A stretch of DNA of 64,000 nucleotides, taken from positions 1,488,001-1,552,000 of the forward strand of contig NEEC01000010.1 in the NCBI GenBank assembly GCA_002189035.1. The letters run 5' to 3'. The position numbers and the translations under genes are program-made. Positions 14,286 through 26,900 of this stretch are shown here, one piece after another. Source of the DNA: Utricularia gibba. Lineage: Eukaryota > Plantae > Magnoliophyta. The notes under the pieces are model-generated. The model was not told where the DNA came from. It saw nothing but the letters and a program-made list of their open reading frames with translations, and did not search any database. The number at the start of each line of letters is the position of its first letter. Position 1 is the stretch's first letter.

Positions 14286-14424
14286 ATACCCACCCACTGC
14301 AAAAAGTTTTTTTTGCTGAGTACCTGCTTTTTAACATCAATTGGTAAACACCTCACCTTTTTTTATTTGTTAAATATCCCAGTACAAAAAATAAAAAAAA
14401 TACATATTATAATATATGAAAAAT
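14286..14424 (+). repeat. Duplicate of the LRR-RLK upstream region (matches ~29830-29964)
   Basis: Shared tacccacccactgcaaaaa..cacctcacctttttt..taaatatcccagtacaaaaa..aatatatgaaaaat. Confidence 0.85.
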
Positions 14425-14892
14425 AAATACATGTATTTGTACAAAATATATTTATATAAAAATATATATATCTTCAATTATATTTTTAAAAACATTATAC
14501 CAAATTATTTTGTCTGAATTATTTGTTGTTTCTATGTTTATGTTTTTTATAATAATAATTTTTTTAATTTTTTTATTTTATACATATAAATATTATTTAT
14601 TATCAAAAAATATATTTTAAATATAATTATATAAAAAAATAAAATCAAAAATCAAAAAACAATACTTTTAGAACCCCAAGTGTTCTGCAAACCAGATTCC
14701 ACCAAGCGGGTACCTTGTAAACCCCCTCGGGTGATGATGATGGTGTTTAAGTTATTGCTTCTTTTGGTTGCCATCGTTTGTGAAATGTATTTATTGTACA
14801 TTTCTCTCTCACACATCACTCACAAAAAATTTCACATAGTGTGTTTATATTACTAACACATTTAAAACGTGGGTATTTTTCAAAAAAAACCC

Positions 14893-15159
14893 GACTACTC
14901 ATCTGCGGTGATGATTATGGTGTCTGTGTTATTCGCATTGCTTATTTTGGTTTCATGGTTCAGGCGGGGACGTGTTCCACGCGCTCAAGATACGACGACG
15001 CAGCGGCGCTTATGCCGTTGAAGTCCCGAGTCCCTCCTGAACACCTTTCTTCGCATTTTGTAGCTACGAATTGGTCGGATTCTTCGTCCGTCTGTGACTG
15101 GATAGGCGTTGCTTGTAGTCCACGTCATGGACGAGTTACTGCTCTGTATCTTCCCGACA
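14893..15159 (+). pseudogene. 5' fragment (signal peptide/LRRNT) of a dead copy of the LRR-RLK
   Basis: Near-identical to ~30245-30516 (CSTRSR.DDAAAL..NWSDSSSVCDWIGVACSPRHGRV), with indels in the signal-peptide region; ends at cttcccgaca. Confidence 0.9.
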
Positions 15160-15215
15160 GCGGCGGATCTCAACCATAATGAGCATGGGCTGTAGCCGAG
15201 GCAACCCCGTGTCGG

Positions 15216-15482
15216 AGGAAATACTCTAGGACAGGGGATGTGTCTATGTCTTGCGGTATAGAATCATGAATGCTGTTTTCAGAAAGATAGAGGACCCTGA
15301 GCTGCGAACAGTTCGTAGGGATCTTCCCTTCCACCTTATTAGAAGAAAGATACAACTTCTCGATGTTCGGCATGGCGACGCAGAGGTCTTCAGGCACATA
15401 ACCAGACAAACGGTTTGAACCAAGAGCTAAAACTCTCAAGTTTGATAAGTTGAAGACGGACATCGGCAGCTCCCCTTCAAAC
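15216..15482 (-). pseudogene. Inverted internal LRR fragment of the receptor (= reverse complement of 30881-31147)
   Basis: ORF-track peptide MSVFNLSNLRVLALGSNRLSGYVPEDLCVAMPNIEKLYLSSNK..SPVLEYFL is almost identical to the intact gene. Confidence 0.92.
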
Positions 15483-15483
15483 T

Positions 15484-15573
15484 TGTATATTTATACAAAG
15501 TATGTCCTAAACTAATTTCGTAATCTTAACAACTAATTCCACAATTTAAGTCTATATACAAGCTATGGTAATA
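15484..15573 (-). repeat. Truncated 3' LTR of the Copia (90 bp remaining)
   Basis: Aligns to the last ~90 bp (plus-strand) of 21237-21379; abuts the PPT; outer end replaced by the inverted LRR fragment. Confidence 0.88.
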
Positions 15574-17980
15574 TGCCCCCTCAAGATGCATCATCTTGAA
15601 TCACGATGGGAAGAGCGGTGAGGTGAAGAAGTCTCAAGAGATGTTGGATAGTATTGGCTGATAAGATTTTAGTCAGAATGTCCGCAAGCTGGTTCTTGAA
15701 GGGCACATGCTTCGGAATGAGGAACCCCTTTGCATAGCTTTCACGCACAATATGACAATCAATCTCGATATGTTTAGTGCGTTAATGGAATACCGGATTT
15801 TGTGTAATATGGATGGTTGATTTGTTGTCATAGAATAAAGGAATAGGTCCTTGTGCGTCATGACCGAAATCCTTCAAAAGGGATGCCAACCAACGTAGTT
15901 CCAGTCTAGTGGCTGCCATGCTGCGATACTCAGCTTCGGTTGAGGACTTAGAAATAGTCGACTGCTTCCTAGACTTCCAAGAAACAAGTTGCCCACCAAA
16001 AAAGATACAATAGCTAGAGAGTGAACGGTGAGTGACGGGACAGGCTGCCCAATCTACGTCACTATATGCCTTGAGTTCTGTGTTAAGGACTAGTGTGTAT
16101 CGGATACCGAGGGTTTGAAACATGAGCAAATAACGAACCACATGCACTCCTGCGTTCCAATGTGATTCTCGAGGTTCCTGCATAAACTGACTCAAGTGAT
16201 GTGTCGCAAATCCCAAGTCTGGTCTGGTATATGACAGGTACAACAAACGCCCCACAAGACGACGAAAAGGTCGAGCATTAAGGAGAATAGGGGAGGTGTC
16301 ATCATATAGCTGCAACCCAGTAGGCAAAGGAAACGAGGCAGGGCGAGCATGATGAAGTCCCATATCATGAATAATGTCCTTGATGAACTTGCGTTGGTTA
16401 ATAAAAATACCCTCCGAGGATCGATAGAGCTCTAGGCCAATGAAGTATTTTGCATCCCCCAAGTCTTTCACAATAAATTTACCATGAAGAAATTGGATGA
16501 GCGACTCAATCTTAGGCAAAGAGGACCCAGTGACGAGAATATCGTCAACGTAAACCAACAAATAAGTGGTGGAATCAGCATCAACGCATGAAAAAGGCAT
16601 GGATCATTAGCAGAGGCAATAAATCCAATTGATATCAAAGCTCTGGTAAGTTCGCGATTCCATTGACGAGATGCCTGTTTCAGACCATATAAAGATTTTT
16701 GAAGCCGACAAACCTGTGAAGAAGCAGCTTCTGAGTAGCCTGGAGGGACTTTCATGTAAACTTCTTCATCCAATATCCCGTGTAAGAAGGCATTATTAAC
16801 ATCTAATTGCTTCAAAGGCCAAGAGCGTTGAGCAGCTAAGCAAATGAAGAGTCTCACTGTGGTGATCTCGGCGACCGGTGCAAAAACATTTGAGTAGTCA
16901 ACCCCTTCTTGCTGGCTGAAACCTTGGGCCACGAGACGTGCTTTGCGTCTGTTGATGGAACCATCAAGGTTCAACTTGGTCTTGTAGACCCATTTGCAGC
17001 CGATGGGTCGCTTCCCTGGGGGCAAAGCAATTAGTTCCCAAGTGTGATTATGATGTAAAGCCTCAAGCTCTTCATCCATCGCTGCAACCCATAGAGGATC
17101 CAAGCTGGCTTCTGAATAGGAGGTAGGTTCATGAGCCTCATCCAGACGAGCCATGAAGGCACGATGCTCCAAGGAGGTGGCAGCATTAATGTGGTAATCA
17201 TCCATCCATGGTGGCATGTGACAGATGCATGCTGGTCCCCATAGGAGGAGATGTTGAGGGGCCCAAAGTGGAACTCAAAGGAAGGTGAGATGGGTCATCA
17301 ATGACGTCTGGTTCGTAGGCAGGAGAGGAAGAAGTTGCTGTCATGTCATCATTTATTGAACTAGGTGCTGGAACTTCATCATCCAACCCAAGATTAAGAG
17401 GATCGGGAACAAATGAATCAGCATGGTTGCATTCGCGAGAGGTCTAGATAACAGAAGTAGAGACCGATTTTGATGATTGAGAAGGGACCGGTAGTGAGAA
17501 GCGGCTGCCCGCAAGTGGTGAGTGAAAAGGAAAAAAATCTTCATGAAAGGAGACATCACGAGAGATGAATTCTTGCTGGGTTGTGAGATTGAGGAGTCGA
17601 TAATTGTGACAGGTATTGGTATATCCCAATAAAACGGAAGGAATAGTTCGCGGAGCAAATTTGTCTCTGTGTGGCCTTGTGTCTGAGGCATAGACGAGAC
17701 ATCCGAAAACTCTGAGATTAGAGCAATCGGAAGCTGTGTAATATAACATCTCAAAAGGAGTCTTCATGGAAATGGCAGATGAGGGAAGGCGATTTATCAA
17801 ATAAGCAGCGGTTAAAATTGCATCACCCCAAAATTCCTTAGGCATTCCAGCATGTAAGAGCATAGATCTGGCTAGGCACACGTTCGATTATGAACGATCC
17901 CTTGTTTTTGAAAGGCAGCGGCACAACTAGAGTTCACAAATTCAAAACCGTTGTCTGTACGAATTTGTTTAATCATCACC

Positions 17981-19326
17981 TGTTAAGTGTCATTTTCTTA
18001 CGTATGATTAGGTTGTTTCTATGTATAATTGTGATTAGAAGTGCCTAATTATGGATCTATAATATGAGATTTAGGTTTTTATCTAGTTTAGGATAATTAT
18101 TCTAAATCTTGTATTTTATGTAATAATTTTACTAATTTTAATTGAGTTTTTCTAGAGGCGCACACGTGGCAGAAAATGAGAGAAAGAGAGCATTAGATGG
18201 CGATAAATTGGATCTTCCCGAGCTAACATTCCCTTGATTTCCGGAAGACTGCAGACGCCTAATCATGAGCCTTGACGTGTGGAACACGGGAGTCTTTGAC
18301 AGGCGGCATCATTAGCATACCAGTGTTAGACGTTGCTTGGAAGTCATCCCAAGTTCAGCAGAATCATAGGGACACGAAAGCTTAGACTCTCAATGAAGTT
18401 CAGTTCTGTTCATACAAGTGTAGTTTACTCTCAGTTTAGTTTTCCCTTTTGTTTTTTTCTCTAGAGGAATTTTCCTCTAGCTTCTCTCTAGAATCTTATT
18501 TCGTTTTCTTTAGTTTGTATGGGCGTTCGCGGCTAGAAACTTCCTTTTTTGGGTTAGAACACCACCAGATCTATGTTTCGTTAGCTTATCTTCACATTTT
18601 CTTTGAATCCGAACGGATTTCGTATGTCTTCGCACGACTATGTTGCAGTTTGTCTGTAACAGTCTCTTTATTCAAGATTCATGGTTAGCTGATCACTACC
18701 TGCGGATTTTGGAGAGGAGCAAGGTGGAAAGCACCAACTCGGGCCCTTTTGACAGGAGGAAGACAACGTTTGGTCTGTGGCCGTACCTCAAGATCAATGG
18801 ACAGATACTGACCTCGTATCTGGACTCATTGGGTCATTGGCCACACTTGGGCACACGCGCGCAATTCGGCCGTGAGGGTATGCTGGTAGGACCTCTTATT
18901 CTCACGTTCGTCCAAGGAGGAGCAACATCGGGCTATTCCCGTGCCTTCTTGCAAGAGAGTGTAACGGAGGGTAGACAATTCTTTACTCCTATAACCGAGT
19001 ACTCGAAAGGACCAGAGAAGAGTGAAGACGTAACGAACATAGCTGGACAGGATTCCAAACCTAGGAACATTTACTTTATTAAGGTTCATCGCTTACGTTC
19101 ATTTTAGTTGTTTGCTCAAAACCCCTCTCATTCCCTTACTCAAGCTTCATCATCATCGTTTCTTACATATTTTACCTTCAAAACCGTTTACAAATCGTGA
19201 CAGTTGTATTCGGGGTGCCTCACCTTTCACTCAAAATCAACTCACTGTGTTCGACACCCGTACTACGCTTTTGTGCTTTACGAGTTTTAAAAGTATTAAA
19301 ATTTGTTGTGGAAACGACATGCATCA
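17981..19326. mobile_element. Solo LTR (1346 bp, probably Gypsy-type) inserted in the Copia integrase
   Basis: Begins TG, ends CA, flanked by a perfect 5-bp TSD tcacc (17976-17980, 19327-19331). Removing it restores integrase RTQFEVMIKQIRTDNGFEF. Superfamily is inferred from length only. Confidence 0.85.
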
Positions 19327-21236
19327 TCACCTCAAATTGAGTTCTCACATATGCAATAAAGTCTGAAAGTCGATCGAATGAGTGGGATTTGTTGGAGAGG
19401 AGGTAAACCCAGATGGCTCTAGAATAATCGTCAACGATTGTCAAAAAATAGTGAGCATTGTGCCGAGAGGCTATGGCATACTGTCCCCATAAATCCACAT
19501 GTAGCAAATCAAATGGTTGAAAAGCTCGTTTGTCATCTACATGAAAGGGTAGCTTGATTTGTTTAGATAATGAAAAATGTGGCAAACTGAAGCCTGGTGC
19601 TTCAATGAACTCAAAAAGGGTAGTTTATTCAAAACAGAAATAGAAGCATGGCCGAATATATGATGCCATGTATGTAAGCTAGCAGATTTGATGGAAGTAT
19701 GAACAAACGCAGAATAACATTGAGGAAATTTATTTTGAGGCCCAATATCAGAAAGTCAATAGAGACCATTCTTCACGTATCCTTGCGCAATCATGGCTTC
19801 ACTGTTCCGATCCTGCAAAACACAACCATCGGCATCGAAGATAGCACGTAAATTGTTGTGTTTAACTATCTGGTAGACAGAGGCCAAATTCACAAGAAAT
19901 GTAGGGACTTGAAGAATATCAGAGAATTGAAGGCTAGAAGTGAAACGGTAGTCCCCAATTCCGTCAACCTTGAGAGCAAGATTATTTGGCAAAAAAACCT
20001 TTTGACTTGAACTGGATGTTTTAAAGTTGCATAGAGCAATTTGAGAGCCACAAATGTGGGAAGTGGCCCCAGAATCCAGGATCCAGTCTTGCTTAGGCTG
20101 ACGAGAAGCATTAGAAGTCATACCTGAGAAGGCTCCTGCACCTGTTTCTGCCTCAACCTCCCTGCCTCCAGAATTATCCTGGGTAGTGTTGGATTGATGT
20201 TGAACCAAGAAAGAATGGCAGAGCGAATGAACAAGATTTACGAGTTCTTGTGGTAGGGATCCTTCACCCACATCTAAAGGTGTCGCCTGGGTGCTAGAGC
20301 CAACCATATTGGCTTGATGATCATCATTTTTACGCTTTGAATTCTTCGGACGCCCATGTAATTTCCAGCATTATTCCCTGGTGTGCCCAACACGCCCACA
20401 ATAAGAGCAACTGGAGCGTGATGTGTCGGCATGGTGAGGGTTGACATTAATTGAAGTTGGGACAGGTGAACCATGCTTGGCCACCATAAATGAAGATGGG
20501 CCACCTTCTATCGGGAATGGAGCTAAGTGTTTTCGTCATTCATAAGAAAGAACAAGGCGATATGCTTCCTCCAGTGATACACATGAAGCGATTATTTGAT
20601 TCTTTAGAGAGTCATATAATGCATCCAGATCAAAGAGAAATTGTTGAAGTCGATCTGAGTCCTCTCTTAGACGGAGTTGTATTCCGAGATCATCTGCAGT
20701 GGAAGGTAAAGGACGTAGAGAATCCAATTAATTCCAGATCCATTTCAGTTCGGTATAGTAAGCGATGACAGTGTCCCCTCCTTGAGTTAAGGTCTGCAGT
20801 TCGCCTCTTAAGTGGAAGATTCGGGGTTCGATGGAAGCCCCAAAACGTCAATCGATCTCTTCCCAGAGGCTTTTCGCACTATCAGCAAAAACAAATGCCT
20901 CAGCGACGTCCTTCTCCATTGAATTTAAGAGAAAGGTCATGACTTGATAGTCTTGACGTTGCCACTCGTTCAAAGATTGAGAAGCGTTCTCCCATGCATG
21001 CAAGGCTGCTGCATTGGTTGCCCGAGGTCCCAATGGGAAAGGGGACGTGCTACCATCAAGATGGCCGAGACAATCACGTCCTCCAAGGGCAATCCGAACA
21101 GCCTTTGACCATGCAAGGTAATTATTACCATTGAGCTTGGTTGAAACCAATTGGGTGGGAGAAGACAGCAAAGACATGCCGGAAAAATCAAAGAAAGCCA
21201 TATGATTTGGGTAACGCAGCCTTTGCTCTGATACCA

Positions 21237-21379
21237 TGTACAAATGAAGAAGGAAAGGTGGGAAAACCGATGATCTTCCATTGAAAGAACACGTATATTT
21301 ATACAAAGTATCTCCTAAACTAATGCCAATCTTAGCCACTAATCCCACAATTTAAGTCTCTATACAAGCTATGGTAACA
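21237..21379 (-). repeat. 5' LTR of the Copia (143 bp, TG...CA)
   Basis: tgtacaaatg...ggtaaca, immediately adjacent to PBS gctctgatacca (minus strand TGGTATCAGAGC). Confidence 0.9.
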
Positions 21380-22771
21380 AAAGTTTCTATTTTGAGGAAA
21401 ATCAACCTGTGGGTTTCATGCCTGCTTTCCTAGATATCTTTTCTAAGTCTCTTTTGTGATGCACCAGGTATGGCTCGATAAGTTCACTGGGAAAATTCAT
21501 ATGCTGGTATCGGCCAGGGCAATGGCGATAACCGGAATCGATAAGTTTCTTTGCACTATAGGTACCATCCATGTAATTGATCTATAATCTTGTAACTAAT
21601 GCGGTAGTTTAGGTTCTTATACTACACTCGAGAAGATTAATGTCTGCCTGCTTCTTCATTGTTTTTTTTTTTTTTTTTGTGGGTAGAACTGTAACCACAA
21701 GTATACTTGTCAAAATATCCACACTGGAAACAGAGGAAGATACTTGTAATTGATTCAGTTGGATGCTTGAGCTGCTTTCTGCATTTGACCGAAGAACTGC
21801 CGCCCTTCATTGATTTGATTCTTTCTAATGCATTCTTCAGTTGTGGATCAGTTGACTATTGTCCACTTCCTACAGTCATTTCTCAGCAGTCTTATGAGGA
21901 GTTAGAGTTGTAATCCGTTCGAATCGAAAATGCGGTTCAGATTCAGTTCAGGAATGTGAATGTCCGCATGATTCCGCCATTATGGTTTGGGGTCGGTTCA
22001 AAATATTCAAAATCGAAAAACTGTGGTTCCGATCCGTATGGAAATCAACAATTCGAAACGAATAAATCGATAATGTTGTTTTTAAATGATTTTAAGTATT
22101 TTTAACAATTGATATAATAGACTTAAAAAATGATTAAAAAATGATATGTTTTCTATCTATTTATAACATTTCATATATATTTTTAGTATCATTTTGAAAT
22201 ATTCTTAACAATCATGAAGGAAACTGAAAAATCCTCTAAAAAATAATGTATTCTGTATGTATTCTTAATAATTTACATGATTGTCTTGAAATTAATCTTT
22301 AAAAAAATCGTTCAATTACAATTTTGATTTAATTTAAGATTTAAAAATCCAAAATTTGATTTCGGTTCAAAACCTAAACCAAAGTAAATAGTGAACCACG
22401 GTTTTTTATGAACCAACGGTTCGAAAAAAACGGTTCAATTCCAAACAGATCACAACTCTATGAGAGAGCACTTCGGTTCGGTTGATTGACGCATTTCCTG
22501 TGTAGACGAAGATGCCCTCCTGGGAATGCAGTGGAACCATGCCCACTTCACCTGCTGGCCTGGCTGCTGTAGGGAGTAGCGTTAGTGGGCTTATAAACCG
22601 AGTTGGGCCTGGAAGATCCGCACAACACGCAATACTATTTTCAGCCCAAAGCTCTCATCCCCTTGATTTTCTGGAAAAACAACCACCGAGTTAGATTTTA
22701 GGGTTTGAACGTGTGGTGTAGCATCAACTCATGACTAGGGTTCATATTATTTTGTGTTTAATGAAAATTGA
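21380..22771 (+). pseudogene. Internally deleted duplicate of PP2-A15 (intron 1 end + exon 2 start) and its 3' flank
   Basis: 21380-21541 matches 10338-10500 (acceptor gcag mutated to gcac), then jumps to match ~11194-11527 and, after a MITE, ~11520-11833. Confidence 0.92.
21903..22460. mobile_element. hAT-type MITE (558 bp)
   Basis: 18-bp TIRs tagagttgtaatccgttc / aaacagatcacaactcta (3 mismatches), subterminal ggttc/gaacc motifs, degenerate 8-bp TSD (tgaggagt / tgagagag); absent from the paralogous site at ~11520. Confidence 0.8.
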
Positions 22772-23092
22772 TGTGTAAACATATTGAAATGGGGCACCAA
22801 GAGGGGCACCCTGCCTTCCTCATCTTGACTCCATTCAATGGGTCGTGGGTCAATTGCGTATCCTATAATTGATTAGTGATGTCTTACTCAACAGTCAAAT
22901 CAGGTGCTAGGCCTTCACTTGATGTGTACTGAAAGCTGCACTTGTGATACAAACCCTTTAGTTTATTAAAATTGGTATATTTAGTCTTCAATCTCTTGTC
23001 ATCTTTTCTAACAATCTCTACCAACAAGGACCCCACCAATTCTATAAATAATCGGGAGTAGCATCATTCTCGATCCAACCCACTGTATGCTT

Positions 23093-23204
23093 TGGGGTCA
23101 AGGTTTATCATTAGAAATTTCCTCCAGCGACATGAGGCATTAAATATTGGTAGTTTTTGGACAAAGGCGCATGTAGTCCTCTTCATGATAGACAATGTCT
23201 AAAT
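23093..23204 (+). repeat. Duplicate of the proximal LRR-RLK promoter (matches ~30037-30148)
   Basis: caaggtttatcattagaaatttcctccagcgacatgaggcattaaatattgg..gatagacaatgtctaaat is essentially identical in both places. Confidence 0.9.
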
Positions 23205-23668
23205 CAATGTTTTTGAAAATTTTTGAATACTATTTATATTCTTCCAAAATAAAAATAATTTTATTTTAAAACATTAATAACTATAAAATTAATTTTACTA
23301 AAAAAATACTTTTTAAATTATACTATAAAAATTAATTTTTAAAAAAGAAGAAATATATTACTTCTAATTTTTATTTATTTTTTAAAAATAAAAATAAATT
23401 TTAAAAAGTTTTTAAAACACTCATTAGTTCAATGGACAAATTCCTTATCTCACTAATATTCGAAAGATAATTTCATATAATAGCTAACTTTCTATTACAG
23501 TGTTTTACCTCATTTACATGTCATCATTTGTTATTTAATTTTTACACAAAAATTTGATCATCATTTTATATATATATTTTTTGCACGAAAATTCAAATAA
23601 ATAATATATTGTATTTATTTATTTTTATATTATATCTTAAAAAACCCATTTAGTATAATAACATACGT

Positions 23669-23883
23669 GATACTGACATATTCAAATTTCAGCATTAAAA
23701 TTCTGAAAAAAATTTGGTATAACATTAAATTAATTTGTTTTTTTTTTCAATTCAAAATTCAAAAACGATGCAATAGTACACATATGATACTGATATGTTC
23801 AAATTTTAACATTAAAATTCTGAAAAAATTTGATGTAATATTAAATTTATTTGTCTTTTTTTCCAATTCAAAATTCAAAGATG
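23669..23883. repeat. Two-copy AT-rich tandem repeat, ~117-bp period
   Basis: gatactga.at.ttcaaattt.a.cattaaaattctgaaaaaa..caattcaaaattcaaa at ~23669 and ~23786. Confidence 0.7.
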
Positions 23884-23949
23884 AAGAATATAATGAAATA
23901 CATAATTCATATCATCATTCTTTCTCATTTTCTTCCTCTTACAATTTCA

Positions 23950-26900
23950 ATGACTTTTTCTCTAATTGAGATCTGGTATGTGTTATAAATTATCACCATG
24001 ATTTTCTGCTTGGGTTGCTTAAGACACCTTAATATTCATGCTAATGTCGTTGATTTATGAAGTTATGCAACTATTTTCAACTGAGTATTCTATTAGCATC
24101 ATTGTACTACGGATCCAATAGTGTGTTTTAAGAGATACTGTCATTCTCTTGATCAAACAGATGATAATTTATCTTTAATTTTTAATCAAAGTCGTATAAT
24201 TTCAAGTGTTAATATATATATTAGTGTAACTCCAAGCTTCATGAATTGATCATTCAACAACATAATGGTATATAAATTTTTTTTCCAAATAATATTTATT
24301 ATTATTAGTTTAAAATTATATTCAGGATATTTTCTTGAATTCAATCCTTTAAATTTACTAATGGTATATTATATGTTTAATTTCTAATTAATGCTGGAAA
24401 AACATTAACCAGTCATAATAATCCGTATACTTCATCAACATATCAGAATCCTTTATCACCATAATCACCTTATAATGAAGACATATTATGAGATTTAGAT
24501 TATTTATGTGAGTAAGATGATATTGAACAAGCTAAAAACGAAATGATACAAGAAGTTATTCCATCTCCATTTTCTTCAAGTGATAATGATGATGAATAAA
24601 TAAAAAGAAGATTTTATGAAAGATGTGGCAATGGAAATTCCAGCAGCTGTTGAGTTTGATAAGACTTTAAACTTCTTTGATGAGACAAGTGGTTAGATTC
24701 ATATAAGTTTGAATCGAGTCAAACGAGTCAAAGTCAAACTAATTGATTTGATGAGTCCAACCCATCACGAGTTGACCCTTGACTCAACTTGTGTACGAGT
24801 CATCAATCAATAATTTCACAAAGATGCAATGAAAAATTATCCATTACCTTAGATCATGAAAATCATAATATCATAATGAGTATCAAATGGAAAAAAAAGA
24901 TTTTGAACACTTGCAAATAAAATAATTCCATTAATCAATTCAAAAAAGATTTTTCAACTTCTGAAAAAAGTTTTTCACTAACAATTAAAACAAGCACATA
25001 ATCAACTTGAATCATATTTGAATCAAATATAAATTTGAAATTCATACTACCAGTGACAATATATAATTTTGATTGTCAAAGATTTGAAGTATCTCGATCA
25101 TGATGTTTATTTTTAAAAAATTGAAGTATCACCTTTTTTACTATGCTTATTCAAAATTGAACAATACTTACAAATTACCTTATTTTTCTTTGTATCATGC
25201 ACAAAATGGTCAAACCAATCCAACAAAGATGATTTGCGTTTTTTCATGGTCGAAGAAGCTTCTCCAGCATCTCCGACACATTCATCTTCCATTTCCACAC
25301 CATTGATGTCAATGCTTTCATCGTGCAATTGTGGGATAGAAGAGTTCGACAATTCAACCATATTCAAAGCTTATGCATAAACAAAAACACAAAGAATTAG
25401 GATAAAAAGTCACAAAATAATAAAAGAAATTGATTTAAAAATTACATTGAAAATGTGCAGAAAATGATATAAGTGAAACTTTTTCAAACCCTAGATCTGA
25501 TATAATATCTTTTTTTGGTTGAACTTGAACTTAATAATTGGGTTTAAGAAAAAGAAAGATAATCGATCATTAAATTAGGCCAAAGTATTTTTTATTTTAA
25601 GAAAATTAAATTGACTCGTATCTGTTTCCACATGAGTACGAGTCACGAGTCAACTCATTACAAGTCAACTCATCGAGTCGACGAGTTGACTCATACTCAT
25701 GCCCACCTCTAGTTTTCTTTAAAGATAAAATTTTAATAAAGTAATCATTGAATTATTATTATATCACGAAGCTAAAAACGCATGTTCATGTTGAAAAGAG
25801 CAAAAACAAGCAATATGAAATAAATTGTATCAATCGAAATGCAATGACTCCATGTAAATGACATATTAGGGTATGAAATAGTAGTGTCACTCAGTTTTGA
25901 ACTGTAACACAATATGAGATGACTCATACTTGTTTTTCTAGTGGTTTCAGAACTGCTAAAAATGATAGCATTACTAGTAAATTTGTGTCTCTTCATATCA
26001 TGAATAATGTTATTTGAGATATATGTTTATGATGTCATTGATGATATTAATGTAATTTATCATTTCAAAATATCATAGAAGCTTGAATGGACTACTGTTA
26101 AGCGTGCTATCATACATATATATGGTATTTGGGAGGAATTAATGACCAAACTCCTTTCTTATTTGTTATCTATTAATGAATCCAACTTAGATAATTCATT
26201 TTTATTATTTTAAAAATATTAATGTTTATTTACTAATATATTTGTTTGATCACATGTACTATATTTGAATATAAGAATCTTTGTTCTTATGATGGCAAGT
26301 CAATGTTATATTATTTTAGGCTTTTGAATCATACGTCCATGCTTTTAGGTATTGTTATCCGTTTATTAATGTTGATAGAACACATCTATACGCATGATAT
26401 AGATATCACCTTTTAATATTATACATACTTGTTGACAACTGCACTAAAATTCCACTTGCATTTGCTATTGTTGAGAAAGAATCTTATGAATTATGCTATT
26501 GGTTTTTTAACCTTTTGGTTAAATGTATTGTGAAAGTATGTCATATTTGTCTAGTAATTGATCGTGATGCAGAATTGTTATCTACGATTAAGGATATACT
26601 TGCTTCTAATAAACCTATGGGAGATTATAGATTTTGTATGCAACATCTATTTGCAAATTTCATGTCCAATTTTAGGTCGAAACACTTGGTTAATTTGTTT
26701 TGGGAAGCTGCCTTGAGTTCAAAAACAAAAAGTTTTCAACAATTATGCAGAAAATCAGAAATAAGAATGAGATAGCATTTGAGTATCTTCATAAAATCGA
26801 TCCAAAGTAATAGTCATTATCATATGATGATAGCATTAGGTAACTTGAAATATAATAATTTTATTTATATTATTACTATGTTAACCTTATATTTCTAATT

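Larger units (their letters stand above)
15484..21379 (-). mobile_element. Degenerate Ty1/Copia LTR retrotransposon with short LTRs; interrupted by a solo LTR
   Basis: Order gag (KLNGNNYLAWSKAVRIALGG), protease (WILDSGATSHI), integrase (LHVDLWG, TIVDDYSR, RTDNGFEF), RT (KWVYKTK, QLDVNNAFLHG, LYGLKQASRQW, YVDDILV), RNase H (SDVDWA, STEAEYR). Met-tRNA PBS at 21225-21236, PPT at 15574-15585, many frameshifts. Confidence 0.96.

Noticed and set aside
14727-14775. Separate small gene upstream of the dead receptor start
   Set aside because: It resembles a further diverged ~45-bp relic of the receptor signal-peptide codons; too short to call.
18640-19107. 155-aa ORF inside the Copia as an extra or captured gene
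   Set aside because: It lies within the TSD-flanked solo LTR and has no recognisable domain.
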